Positions 1 through 13,358 are shown, numbered from the stretch's first letter. The stretch: DNA of 64,000 bases from Fimicolochytrium jonesii (GCF_025526975.1 NW_026515677.1:310001-374000), one strand, 5' to 3'. Made by a program: numbers and translations. Notes: generated from the letters alone by a model not told the origin.

Positions 1-931
1 GGCAGCCGCAAGCCGCAGCCTTTGGTCTTCCAAAAGGGAACGAGCCGCCATGACTTGACGGCCTTGGATTGTGGATTGTGGAGATGGCACCATGTGAGGG
101 CAAATCTCCCACGGCCTGAACGGGCACGAGACACGCCGCACGGGGGGGGGGGGGGAGGGCCTGGAAACACCATTTCGAACTTTGAAATTCAATCATCAAA
201 CAGCCGATTATTTGATTAGCGGATCGACCGACATACAGTACCATGTGCCTGGGTTCCGGTAGCCCCGAATCGGAGGTCGCCAGAAAAACTGACAGGGCGA
301 TCGCCACAAATTGAACGTGGACATATTGGGCATTTTCGCTTGACCGACTTTGGACGGCTTCCCTGTCGTCGAGTGGACAACGAACCCGAGTGGACAAGGA
401 GCGCAAATTACTACGTGTACCCATCGACTTGCTGACGATCGATACTGCGCGAGCTATGCACTCACGGAATTCATAGCTGTGTTGATGCCGCTGCTTGGGA
501 TTTTTCGATGAAGCCACACTTGGCGAAGCCTCTATTCAATCACTGAAGACATGAATGCGCTCGGGACAGAGAGACAGCGCATACGAACTTGAGCACGGGC
601 TGGGAGTGATACACTGGATAGAAGCCGAGAAACTCTGGAGATCTAGCATGAATCGAGTACGCATCCCTCGGATGTCCAGGTACGATTTGAAGACAGATGC
701 TTGATACTCGTATTGGCTTAAGAAAGGAAGTATAAATTTTATGGCATTGTAAGCGCTTATAGTTTTATTTAGTCTGTCTGTTCTTTGGCTGTCCTAGCTG
801 CTAGATATAGGAGAGAACTACATCTCGACTCGCAAAGACAACTCATCCTAGTGTACCGAAGTGTTGCCTGTGCAACCAGAAATAGATCAGTATAGAATTG
901 GAGAATCAAAGCACATCAATTGTTCTCACTT

Positions 932-3900
932 TCAAGCATGCACGGGCGTTGCTGATCGCTCACCGTTGAGCGATTTTTTACTTTGCGTCCGGCTAGGAGT
1001 TCTGAGAGGCTGCGTCGTTTGCGATTGAGAAGTCAGAGACTGACGGCTTCCGGAACGGCTCAGAGGCCGAGACCCCGCACTGCTACCAGCTATATATGTC
1101 GGAACTGGCGCGGTATAAGTGTCAGCCGCCCGTTTGAGATTCTGCTCCGCCTTTTCCGTGATTGGAAATTTGGGAGTCTCGACGTTCGAGCCGTATTCTT
1201 GCCCACCCGTCACGAGCTGATCCCGCAACGAAAGATTGTACGTCGATGCTGGCAACGGTTGGGATGCTGCCAAATCTACGCTGCGCGAGCGTTCAGGCTG
1301 AGAGCCTTGTAAGTTTTGAGCACTACGCAGGCTCTTCCTCGAACCCGATTTCGTTAGGTCCTGACGGTTGCCGTTCTTCTGCTGACCCGCGTCACTCACA
1401 TTGGCGACACTGGCTGCGTTGGACTGCGGAAGTCCGATGGCGGCGGCTATGTCGACACTCTTCGCAGTGCGCGGGTTGACAATGTCCGCCGTGCTGGAAT
1501 GTTTGTCGGCATGTCCCCGCACGTCCACAGGTGGCGGAGGAACATCCGGGGGTCCATCAGAGTCCACGCGTCGATGACTTTTGTCGGCCGATGCGTGATC
1601 GTTGAGCATGGGGGTGCTCCGGCCGAGTTTTCCGGAAGCGCCGTCCAGGTTTCGCGCGCTACCTGCACGAGAACTCGGCTTGGCGAGGTTCGACTGGCTC
1701 TTGGACTTTTGCTGGTGCTGGCGGAGATCATGTTTGCTTCCCGCGACACTCTGAGCATTGGACGCAGGAAGTGGGACATTGGCAGCGAGATCCGTGCTCC
1801 TCGCTTTGCTTAGGCTTTGAGTACTGTGTGATGGCACTTCTGACACATTGTGGTCTGATTTGACAATATATGCTCCAGGTAGGGTCGTCGTATCGGTCAA
1901 AGCCTGGGTGCTGCCTGCGACTCTGTTGGTGCTACCACTGGCAGTATCGCTCCGACGCACATCGGCTCTACTCGAAGAGTTGATGTTTGCGGTGCTCTGA
2001 GCAACTGACGGGGGGAGCGGGACATCCTTCGCCAAGTCCACGCTGCGCGACTTGTTGGCCAGGTTCTGTCCACTGGACTTTTTATCGTTCCCGTCGTTCA
2101 GATTGGCCGTGCTCTGCGTTGCTGCGGCATGAACGTCCTGACTCTTCGCGCCTCGCAGGTTGGATGTGCTTGCGCGTCCTTCCGACCTCAAATTGGCGTT
2201 ACTATGCGCCGGAGACCTTGTGTTCTCCGCAAACGTAGTGCTCTTTGTCCTAGATGCATCCGTCAAATGGTCCCTAGCGTTTCGATTCTCGTTGGCAATG
2301 CTGTAAGCGCTCGCGGCGAGAGAATCAGGCAAAGGCTGCCCCGCCGCCAAGTCGATGCTTCCCGCGTGAGGCGCGTTAAACACTCCCGCGATGCGCGGCT
2401 CGCTTCCGGACTTCGTGGTGCTGTGCGCGAGCGACTCGGGGGTTGCGTCGGCAAAGGCCACATCAACAGTCTGAGCTGCGAGATTATCGACATTCTGGGA
2501 ATCGCCCGCAATGTTTGCTCGACTGGCCGCGACGGACTGCGGGAGTGCTTTAGCTGCAGCAAAATCGATGCTTTTGGCTTGCTGGCCACTCTGCGCAAGG
2601 TTCTGGCGGCTACCGCCTACCGATCGCTCGCGCTCTCGGTCGGAGCGGCCTCCGGTGGATTGCTCCGCTTCGAGAATGTTAGTTTTATTCGCAGCGACAG
2701 ACTCAGGAAGAGCTTGGGCAGCGGCAAGGTCTACACTTTTAGCTTGTTGACCACTCTGCGCAAGGTTCTGACGGCTGCCGCCGACTGATCGCTCTCGTTC
2801 TCGGTCGGAGCGGCTTCCAGAGGAGTGGTCCCTAATGTTAGCCCTGCTCGCGGCAACAGACTCTGGAAGTGCCTGAGCCGCAGCAAGGTCCACACTCTTG
2901 GTCTTCTGTTGGGCCAAATTCTCTTTGCTTCCTGCAGTCGAACGCTCGGGTTGATCTCTGATATTAGCCCTGCTCGCGGCAACAGACTCTGGCAACGCCT
3001 GAGCCGCAGCAAGATCGACGCTCTTCGTCTTCTGCGCCAAGTTCTTCCTACTCCCAGCATTAGCTGAGCGTTCTGATTGACTGATATTGGCCCTACTAGC
3101 CGCTACAGACTCCGGGAGCGCTTGAGCAGCTGCCAAATCGACACTCTTCGTTTTCTGTGCCAAGTTATCGCGGCTTCCGGTTGACCGTTCCGGCTGGTCT
3201 CTGATGTTAGCTCTGCTAGCAGCCACAGATTCCGGGAGCGCCTGAGCAGCTGCTAGATCGACGCTCTTGGTCTTCTGCGCCAAGTTGTTGCGGCTTCCAA
3301 TCGAGCGCTCTGGTTGGTCTCTGATGTTCGCCCTGCTAGCAGCCACAGATTCCGGGAGCGCCTGAGCAGCTGCTAGATCGACGCTCTTGGTTTTCTGCGC
3401 CAAGTTGTCGTGGCTTCCAGTCGAGCGCTCTGGTTGGTCTCTGATGTTAGTCCTGCTAGCAGCCACAGATTCCGGGAGCGCCTGAGCAGCTGCTAGATCG
3501 ACGCTCTTGGTTTTCTGCGCCAAGTTGTCGTGGCTTCCAGTCGAGCGCCCTGGTTGGTCTCTGATGTTAGCCCTGCTAGCAGCCACAGATTCCGGGAGCG
3601 CCTGAGCAGCTGCTAGATCGACGCTCTTGGTTTTCTGCGCCAAGTTGTCGTGGCTTCCAGTCGAGCGCTCTGGTTGGTCTCTGATGTTAGCCCTGCTAGC
3701 AGCCACAGATTCCGGGAGCGCCTGAGCAGCTGCTAGATCGACGCTCTTGGTTTTCTGCGCCAAGTTGTCGTGGCTTCCAGTCGAGCGCTCTGGTTGGTCT
3801 CTGATGTTAGCCCTGCTAGCAGCCACAGATTCCGGGAGCGCCTGAGCAGCTGCTAGATCTACGCTCTTGGTTTTCTGCGCCAAGTTGTCGCGGCTGCCAG

Positions 3901-6900
3901 TTGAGCGCTCTGCACGTATGTTTGCCGAACTTGCGGCGACGGATTCCGGAAGAGCATGAGCAGCGGCAAAGTCAACGCTTTGAGCTCCTGCAAGGCCATT
4001 ATCACCGACAGAACTCTCCGCTGTGCCTCGGATGTTTGCCCTGCTAGCCGCGACGGAGTCAGGAAGCGCTCGGGCGGCAGCCAAGTCAACGCTCTTTGCG
4101 CCCGCTAGGGTGTGTGGTCCGACGGATGGTTCTGGCGTGCCTCGGATGTTGGCCCTGCTAGCCGCGACGGAGTCAGGAAGCGCTCGGGCGGCAGCCAAGT
4201 CAACGCTCTTTGCGCCCGCTAGGGTGTGTGGTCCGACGGATGGTTCTGGCGTGCCTCGGATGTTTGCCCTGCTGGCCGCCACGGACTCGGGCAGAGCTCT
4301 GGCGGCTGCAAAGTCCACGCTGCCCGTGTTTTGACCGAGATCTGCAGCAGATGTCTCACTTTCCGAGTCTTCTCCAAGATGAGCTCGGCTCTGCCCTGTC
4401 GATTCAGGAAGGACTCTGGCAGCGGCGAAGTCGACACTCTTCGCCTTGCTAGTCAGATTATCCCGGCTTCCGGTGCTACGCTCCGGAGCATCTCCCGTAG
4501 CAGAGCGCTCTGGTTCATTCCTAAGATTGGCTCGACTTCCAGCCACGGATTCAGGAAGAGCTTTAGAAGCAGCTAGGTCGATGCTCCGAGTCTTCTGTGC
4601 GAGCTCCGCGGTGCTCCCACGCTGAGTAACCTCACGAAGATTAGCCCTGCTGGGTGCAACAGACTCAGGAAGTGCCTGAGCGGCCGCAAGGTCCACGCTG
4701 CGAGCCTGCTGCTTGGTGTTTGCCAAATCTCTCTGGCTTCCATCCGATTGTCGGATGTTGGCAGTGCTTTGCGCTGCAGACTCAGGTAGCGCGGTCGCTG
4801 ATGCGATGTCGATGCTCTTTGTGTTCTGCGCGAGGTTAGCTTTGCTTTCCCGGTCACGATCTCCGCGCCTGATGTCCGCCTCGCTTTGAGCGGTCGAGCG
4901 AGGAAGCGGATGGAAAGCAGCAATGTCTACGCTCTTGGCTGCACCGAGGTTACGAGACCCGCGCACATCCGCATTGCTCTTTGTGCTCGGTGCAAAAGTC
5001 ACAGTCGAACCTTTTGAAGTCTTGGCGACGTTCTGCTGGCTACGGCCTTGGTCGTCTGCAGTGCGAGGGCCAGTCGTCTCGCCCTGGCTCTTCGTCTTTG
5101 CCTCCCCGCGAACGTTGTGCAAGCTTTGCGCGGCGTTCTTGGACAACGACGATGGTTTAGTAACGGAGGCGCCGAAAACGCGAGTGCTGCCGTATTGACG
5201 AGCTTTCCGGATGCTGTCCAATTCTGTCGTGTGACGCACGTTCGCTTGGCTCTGTGCTGCGGAGAGAGGTAGAGCGACGGTAGCCGCCACATCGGTTTGC
5301 GATTCTCCGCGGATGTTTGGTGTGCTCTTGATGATCCCGCGTGAACCCATCTGTGAACCGGCCTGCTGCTGAAGGTTTTGTGCGCTTCTACCACGTTGTG
5401 CACGCGCAACGTTGCTGGATGAGCCGCTTCGGCTGGAGCCACCAGTATCCATATTCTGCTGACTGCCAGCTCTGCTAGGGTCACGCCGAATGCTCGCCTG
5501 ACTGGCAGCTGCGGACGGTGGGAGGGGCACATTCGCCGCCGTATCCATGCTGTCAACTCTCATCGGCCCTCCTCGCATGTTCGGGGTGCTTTGTGCCGCT
5601 TTCCTCTGAAGGCCACGCTCATGGTCGGCATCCACGTCCGTAGCGCTATGCGCACTCTTAACCCTTTCGGAACCTTTGTCGTGCGCGAGCTGAGACCGTG
5701 ATCCAGATTGGCCACGCACATCTGTCTGGCTAGCAAGCTTTGGGTTGCTGCGACGCACATCGACTCGGCTTGTAGCTTTGATGCTTTGACGACTCCCACT
5801 AACATCTGCGCGACTGGCCGGGACCGATTCTGGAAGGGACTGCTCTGCAGCAAAGTTCAAGCTGTCCTGTCGCGGAATCTCATCGCCAAAGTCCATCATA
5901 CTATGATCAGCTGTACGTGGATGGCTTTGCTTGGCTACCTTGATAAGATGGTCCACCGAACGGACGTCATAACCTTGCAGACGCAGTTCCCATTGACTTT
6001 TCGTCAACTTGGAGTCCGAACCGGTCGTTGGTTGTTTGCGTTGAAGAGTTCCAGACGCACTTCCTTGACGGGAGAGGCCACTACGCAACGAGTTCTGGCT
6101 GCCTTGGCGAGATGAAGCCAGGCGACTCTGAGATTGGCGCAGGTGATCTTGACTTCCTTGACGAGATGAAGGGCGTAAACTCTGCTTGCTAGCCTGACGA
6201 GATGCCGCTCGTGAAAGTTTTGCTGCGTAAGACGCTTGCTGATTAGAATCGATTTCGAAAAGGGACACGTAAGAGGCCTAAGATCTAAAACTCACCGACG
6301 GGCGTCTGAGACACATCGTTATTGCTCTCGAAGTCCGAGGCATACTCCTTTTCATCGAGTGATGCCGCGAGCTCTTCTAGCTCTTTGCGAGTGTGGAAGC
6401 CCCTAAACAAGGCCTGCACTTTCACTGCGGACGCACGGCGTCGCTTATCATGAGCATCCCCTTCATCGCGCTGCTCGGTCTGAGTGATCTCATGTCCTCG
6501 GTCAGCTTCGCTTTCATTATCGGCCTGAGCATCAGTTTCTTCCTGCTCACGCTGACGAGCGGCCTGATCTTCTTCACGCTGTTGAGCAGCCTGCTCCTCC
6601 TCCTCATGCTGGCGGGCGGCCCTCTTCTCATCCTCCTGTTGATGCGCCGCTTTCTCCTCAGGCGTCTCCTGGACCTGGCTCTGCTCAATGACCTCCCTAG
6701 CCACAGCTTCATTCTCTTCAACAATGGGCTCAGCGCTAGCCACTCTAGCTAAGGCGTGCACATCATCCAAGTCATCCGACAAGAACACCTCTCCTTCCTC
6801 AGAGTCATAGCCTCCCTCACTCCCGCCTTCGAAATCGCTAAAGTCTGATGCGATCGGGAAATGAGACTCGCGGGTCGGACGAGCGGACTTAGGGCGGAAA

Positions 6901-8653
6901 GAGCGATGACGCGGGGTCGAAGGGGTGGAGCGTCCCGAAGCACGAAGGTTTTTAACGGCGGTCTTCTGAGGACTACCTTCCTTAAATGCTTTGGCGGATT
7001 CGGTATCGGAAAGGTTCTCGGAAGAGCCCTTGCTCAAGTTCGACCCGCTGCCGGTGGTCAAGGCTCGTTCCTTTCCACCAACTTTCTGCCAGATGGCTTT
7101 GACATGAGCCTTGACATCGCGGAGTTTTCCACTTCTGTACTCTTGCTTAGCAGTCTCGAAGAGATTGGTGATGCTATCCTGATCCTTCTGGTGATCAGCC
7201 AAGGAAGGAGGAACAACCGGTCCGTGACTAGTGACTTCATGTCCGTCGACGCCTTCCCACTCGTCTCCGCTCAAATCATCGTGCACGACTTTGCTGTTCT
7301 TCGACTGTCGTGAAGCAGGTCGTTCACGATCACCAATCTCAGATGATTCTTCATCTGCCTCGCCATTCGCGCGGTCGGCGTGGTCGGACCTCTTGCGCGA
7401 ATGTTGCTTGACGTACAACCGGCGGCCGGGAGGCTGTCGAGAGCCCGCAGGACCACCGAGCCACAAGTTCTTCCGATCGTATTTGGCAGCCATGCGGGCG
7501 TGCATCTCCTTCTGTGCTAGCTGCTCGGGACTCAATCCCAGCGCTTTTAGGCGTCTGGGGCTTTGCTGCTTGAGCTTTGCTACAAGCATCTCCTCGGCTT
7601 TGGTGAGCGAGGCCGGCTTCTCGGCGTAGAGCAGAGCCGTGTGCGTCATAGTCGGCGGATACTGGCTGAGAAAGTCTGCATAAGGCAGGCTGTTGTGCGA
7701 GTGTTGCTGTAGTTGTGATTGAATCGTCATTCGAGAGTGATCACAAAGGAAGTTCATAAAGAATAGCACGTACCACAGTGCGTCGCAACTTCTGGGAACG
7801 AGGGCTTTTGTCCTCCTCGATTTGCTTTCGAATAGCCACCTGGATCATAGACAACCACGTCCGAAGTCATGAGAAGTCCTTTGATGCAGGGAGCAAACAT
7901 ATGAGCACGCACCTCTATCTGTCTATCAAACTCTAGCTCTTCCATCTTCTTCAAGATCCTATGACGGTACTCTTCCCTATCGAGCCGAACCTGCTTATTC
8001 TTGAATTCCTTGTTGTCAGTGATATTTCCTTCCCGATCGACCTGAAGTTAGAATGAAAACACAAGGGTTTGTTACTGAGTCCCCAAAGGGAAAGGCATGC
8101 GGTCATTGAATCCCTACCAATCCGAGCTTCTGCAAATGTTTCCTAATCCCGGGACTGTTGAAGTAGTCCGACAAGTACTCGTCCAAAAGCGGTTCGTAGG
8201 TGGGCATGTGCGTCGTCACCAAATTGACATCGTAAATGCGCTCGCGGCCGCGCATCGAGAAATGAGCGCTAGAAATGAACCGATTCACCTTGAGTTACAC
8301 CGTCAATAAGAAACGGAAAAATCTTTCATGCCCAACCTATTATTATCGGGATAAACACCATCCTCCCCTTCCGTCCTATCAATCAAGTCCTCATAACCAT
8401 TTCTGTCGTCCATATCCAAGTCCAAATGGAACTCCCGCCCCTCATGATCATCGGTGTATCCGAGCGCCGTCTCAGGCCGCTCAGGCAAGCCGCTTCGAGT
8501 GGAGCCGAATGCCGCCTCGTAAGAAGTCTGGCTGGTGCTCTGTTCCATGCGTGCGTTGTCTTCGGATTGAATGTTTCCGTCGGGCGAAAGTCGAGGGAGA
8601 GCACCAGACCCGTCCGACCGGACGCCCGCGGCGGATTGGCGACCACTGTCCAT
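932..8653 (-). CDS. Giant (~2,450 aa) multi-exon protein: ERICH3-like N-terminal domain, acidic coiled region, IQ motif, long S/A/R/Q-rich tandem-repeat region
   Basis: ORFs 8303-8653, 8103-8288, 7754-8040, 6285-7769 and 932-6268 can be joined by short GT-AG introns (e.g. 6235-6295, 61 nt, restores frame). YEPLLDEYLSDYFNSPGIRKHLQKLGLVDREGNI resembles the ERICH3 N-terminus (YNSLxDxHLxxYFNNxxIRRHLxxxGLI). SAVKVQALFRGFHTRK is an IQ motif. Confidence 0.75.
3085..3905 (-). repeat. Coding minisatellite, 120-bp (40-aa) unit, ~7 near-identical copies
   Basis: Sequence at 3241, 3361, 3481, 3601, 3721 and 3841 repeats with a 120-nt period; encodes RDQPERSTGSHDNLAQKTKSVDLAAAQALPESVAASRANI. Confidence 0.95.
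4023..4270 (-). repeat. Coding tandem repeat, 114-bp (38-aa) unit, ~2 copies
   Basis: gtgcctcggatgtt recurs at 4023, 4137 and 4251; encodes RGTPEPSVGPHTLAGAKSVDLAAARALPDSVAASRANI. Confidence 0.9.
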
Positions 8654-9455
8654 GTGCTGGAGTGTGGCGAAGTTTTGGTGACGACTAGATTAAATTACAC
8701 AAGACAGCGCTCTCTAGACCGCTAATCTCGGTACTCGAACTGGCTTTCTACTTGCTACGGTCTCGCTGTAGCTACTCGCTAAGATGTATGAGTTCTTTGC
8801 CAAGGTCAAAATACCTCGCAGGGTAAAGAAAGCGAATGCACAATCATTATGAGGCGCTCGGAAGGACCAAGGGTCAGGGGCGTAATGCACTTTCGCATAC
8901 GTTTAAGGTTCGCCGCCACCCTCCTTGCCAGAATATTAATGTTCCGGGTTTCTAAAGTATCGGAGAATTGGGGGGGTCATGAAGCATGTTTGTTTCCACG
9001 TCTTCTTTTCGAAGCCTCACTTGGATTTTTCAGCACCACGGTCGTATGGTACTGGATCTGGACATGGATTCCTCACGACAAGAAGGTTAAATTTGTGTAC
9101 GCTGTTTGCCGTAGTGTATTGACAGCACACGCGCTGTCACAATCTCCACCAGACTCCGCCACTCTGGCTCGCCTCCAAATTGCACTTCAAGCTTCAAACC
9201 TATGCGTACGTGAGAAGCTGCTTCACGACATGCGCACAAGACGTACAGTCCATGTGCAAATCGCTGTCTCCTACATATGGCAATGCTACGACTACCCTCA
9301 TGAATGATGCTATATACAGATAGACCTTCCAGTCTTTGAACTTCCGTGTCACACACGGGCTACTAAAGAGACATGCCCTTCCATCGTTTCCAGAAAACCG
9401 GAACTACTCCTACGCCAGCTTCAACGGCCCACCCGCCATTTCCTCAAGACCCCTA

Positions 9456-12400
9456 TCAATCCACCCAATTCCACTCCGGATCATCAAAGACATCCGCACT
9501 CTCCTCATTCGAAACCGTGCGGCTGCGCATCTCACCTGGCGACGGTGGCCGGGTTCCAGCCCTCGGTCCCGGATCATCCCCACAGACGGCCGTATTGTCC
9601 CGACAAAAGTTGATCAGCGCGGCCCAGTTGGGATCGTCCTGCAACACAACCGGGTTTCCGATGATAATAAGCAACGCTTTGGCGCGGGTAATCGCCACAT
9701 TGAAACGTTTCGGGTTCCGCAAGAACCCGAGATTGAATTTCGTGTCGTGGTCGACGAAATCCAGTGTGGAGCGGACGGTGGAGATGATGATGATGCGGCG
9801 TTCTTGGCCTTGAAATTCTTCCACTGCCACTGTTTTGACGCCGATGTGGCCTTTGCCTTTCAGGAGCGCGCGGATGCGCTGGACTTGCTTCCTGTACGGC
9901 GCGATAACGCCGATTTGGGAGGTGTCGATGCCGAGTCCGCCGCGTGCGTCGCGCAATTTGGAGATGTATTTCGCGACTATAGCTGCTTCGTCTCGGTTGA
10001 ACCTGTACGGGCGGAAATTTCATATGGCATTTGCAAGAAAAGTATCTTTCACCTCGCGGAAAGGCACTTACCATGACGGGCTATCTCCCTCTCTCTCATC
10101 CTTTCCTTGCACAGCATGGAACATGATCGGGAACCCTTTGGTTGGAAGGCCCTCCCACTTGCAGAGCGATTCGCGCTCCAACACATCTGCAGACGCTTCC
10201 AGAATGCCGTTGTAGAAGCGTTTTGACGGCAGGTCAATAATGGCGGGATGGGACCGATAGTTCCGCGTAAGCATAGTGACCACGTGCGGGTTATATCCCG
10301 AGGGTGTGGCATTCCGCTCCTTATCCGATTGATACAGCGGGCATTCCGTCAACCGCTCCAAGAAGGACTTTGCAAGCCCCAGTTGAATGGCGTCTCGGGA
10401 TCGCAGGATGGGTCCCAACTGCTTGGGGTCTCCCGCAATGCAGAGCTGGGACGTCGGATTCTTTGTGTCGATGAGACCCGATAGGCCGATCCAGAACTCG
10501 GGTTCGGTGGCCTGGCCTGCCTCGTCGACAAACCATTTGGTGAAATGCCCCCTAGGGATGCCTAGAGCCACTAGATAACCGGCGGAAATCAGGGTACACA
10601 CAACAACGCGCTTGGCTTCTATGAATTTGGGTTCCGGAAGCTCGAATACGCCGTCCTTTTCGTTGTAGGTGCTGTACTCCATGGCAACGGCGCTGACATC
10701 CTCTTTCGATCGCTTGTACGCATTGAGACGGTACATCTCGCTCGGGCGGAAGATCTTGTCTAGTCTCTCGACGATCTGGTCAGCCGCCGAATTGCTTGGT
10801 GCCATGGCGAGGATGCGTGCACGAGGGTTCAATCTCGCGGTCTGAATGATGGCCTCTACCAAGACAGAGGTCTTGCCAGTTCCCGGTGGGCCCCAGATCA
10901 AGTAAGGCACGCCCTGGTTTGCCTGATCGTAATGCAAATGTTGGTAAAGATTTGGAAAGAGGTAATATGCTTCGCAGCAGTGACATAACCCCCTCATGAC
11001 CTGCTAATCATCCCCTCGCTCCACATCCAAGACCCAAACCACAACAAAAAGAGAGACATCTTACATGATTCGCCACATATTTAACAGCCTGCATCTGCTC
11101 AGCATTAAGCCTAGTGTTGACCTGACTGATAGCCTTCAGAGTCAACGGGGCCGAAGGCGCAACCTCCGGGAACCGCAGCTCAGGAGACACATCATTCAGT
11201 TTGCTGATAGCCAGATGTTGGCGTCGCAAGGGCGTGCGGCAGAAGGTGAATCGGACGTCGAGAAGCATTCCGGCTATCCAGATGTTGTTTACGAATGTGG
11301 GGCTGAACTTGAGGTAGACCTGCATTCCCGGAGTAGAACATGGTAAGTATATTGTTCGCGTTTTTGCAAGGTTCAAAGGACGTCGGACGTACCTCCTCCT
11401 TTTGCACTCGCCACACATATCCCTCGTATTCGCGAGCGACTGATTGCCCGGCAAGCCGAACATATATCTTGTCGCCGTATAGCACAGAAGGACGCTTCTC
11501 AGCGAGCCCAGGAACTGAAGACAACCGCGTCAGAACGGACGACCCACATTCGTATCGGACTTCTTGTCTTGACTTACCTTCGAGAGTCAAATAACTGCCA
11601 ACCTGCTGCAGTTGAGCGTTCTTCATATCATATTGTCGGATATCTGACCACATCTGAATCTCCTCAAGATGCAAAAGCAGGCTGAACGTGTTCTGGTGGT
11701 TGTCAGGCATCAAGGTCACATTTTGGTTGCGACACGCATTAGTCTCCGCCATATCTAACACGGCTTGTGGGATGTTGTACTGCGGGAGCTTGACAGGGAA
11801 GCGTCCAGGGTCGAACTTGCGGGGTGCGACTCCTCGCACAATGTTTGTTCTCACGGACATTAGTTCGCTGATGCGCTTCCTGGGTTTCTTCACGTATGGA
11901 GCGACGGGCTTCATTTCCGCAACGTCTTTCGCGATTTCCGCGTCTTCGAATTTGAGCGAGATGTATCTACGGCCGGAAGATTAGGGTTTCCATTGGAGAG
12001 AACCGCGTGGCCGACACCGTAGCTTACCTGCAAATGACAAAGTCTTCTCTGAAAAAGAAGATCACATATAGTCGAACGTATCCATGATGTTTCGGGTTCA
12101 CCATAAGCTCGTAGAACTGCGCGTTGTCTGGTTCCAGCTCAACCTCGGTCCGACTGGATTCGCCTCGCCTTCCAATTATTGAGACCGCCGGGTTCCCTGC
12201 TCCCAAGTACGGAGGCCGGGCAAGATGCCATGTCTCATTTCCGTGATTGTTTACGTAGAACTGCACTCTGGTTTTGGTTTTTGACACTGGGATTCTGATG
12301 AACCCGTCCTCGTCCATATTGAAGTCGGGATTGGCATTCAAGATGCGACGTTGGAGGTCGTCGACAATAATGCCTTTTTTGTTGCGCGCTAAGTACTCCC

Positions 12401-12950
12401 TGTTTCCGGCGAGGATCAGAGCAGAGGCCATGCCCCGAGGCCTTCCGGTATGGGCTGTTCCTCGAAACTCTTCGAGCCGGGTAGTGAAGATGACATGATT
12501 CCCTGCCACTCGATGCATGATGTCCTCGCGGTGCATCCATGCCGAGGCGCTTGCGGGAGCGAGACCGACGGGCGCACTTACATCGGACGCGCGAAACAGG
12601 CTGTATAACTCTCTGAATTCGTCCCATGTCTTCGGAAGGTCCGTCTGATCGGCGACATATCGCACAAAGTCGAGGAGAAAGTTACGGCGTTGAGCGCCAT
12701 ACGTCAGTGAGTTATCCCCGTTGCGCGTTGTTTGCTCTCGGCGAGGGTGAAAGCGGCGGGGCTGTAAACGTTCGGCTCCCACATCATTGGTGGATGGTCG
12801 CTCCCGACGGCTAGATCGTCCAGCGTCCGTAGTATCGTTCGTGTTGCGCCTATTCGGCGGGGCCTCCGCTTTAGCGTACCCGGTGAACGCAAGGGTCAAC
12901 GGCGCGTGGTAACTGCGTTCAACTTCTCGGTCCAGACTATATGCGACCAT
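9456..12950 (-). CDS. MOV10: MOV10/SDE3-like UPF1-family (SF1) RNA helicase, multi-exon
   Basis: GLAEKRPSVLYGD (MOV10/SDE3 signature region), GPPGTGKT, VDEAGQATEPE, AGDPKQLGP, LTRNYRSHPAI, VEEFQGQE, GFLRNPKRFNVAITRAKALLIIIGNP across ORFs 12024-12950, 11192-11914, 11008-11463, 10068-10997 and 9456-9956. Confidence 0.88.
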
Positions 12951-13358
12951 CTTTATCGTCTGCTTCTATACGCGGGAACCGCGCTTCTGTACGAAGGCAA
13001 CTAATCTGTCCTAAGCTACTCTAACACTCAAATGACGGCCACCAGAAAAGGATGAGGGTTGGCTGAGCGAGACCCTACCGCGAAGGTGTGCAGTTGGCGG
13101 CCGACAACCAACTCCTTGCGCAACACCAAAACGTCCACCAGCAGAACCTCCCAGTCCTGTCCTGTGTGTATGTTGTGTACCGTACAGTCCGGGTGTGTTC
13201 TTGCCTGGGTTGGGAAGAAGTTCGAATGGGACCTGGGGGAATGTCCCACGGGCCACAAGCCACCCCTTGAATTTGACTCTGAGAATTTGACTTGTGGAAG
13301 TTTTGGGCATTCTGGCACCCGAAACACACACGGCAAGCAGAGCAGCACTACTTTGCCA

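Noticed and set aside
3085..3905. Regular repeats that might be read as a CRISPR array
   Set aside because: Units are contiguous with no unique spacers, are in frame within a long ORF, and lie in a eukaryotic genome with no cas genes.
13059..13358. N-terminal extension of the thymidylate kinase ORF in the ORF track
   Set aside because: It starts at a non-ATG codon; the first ATG is at 13359. Probably promoter or 5' UTR.
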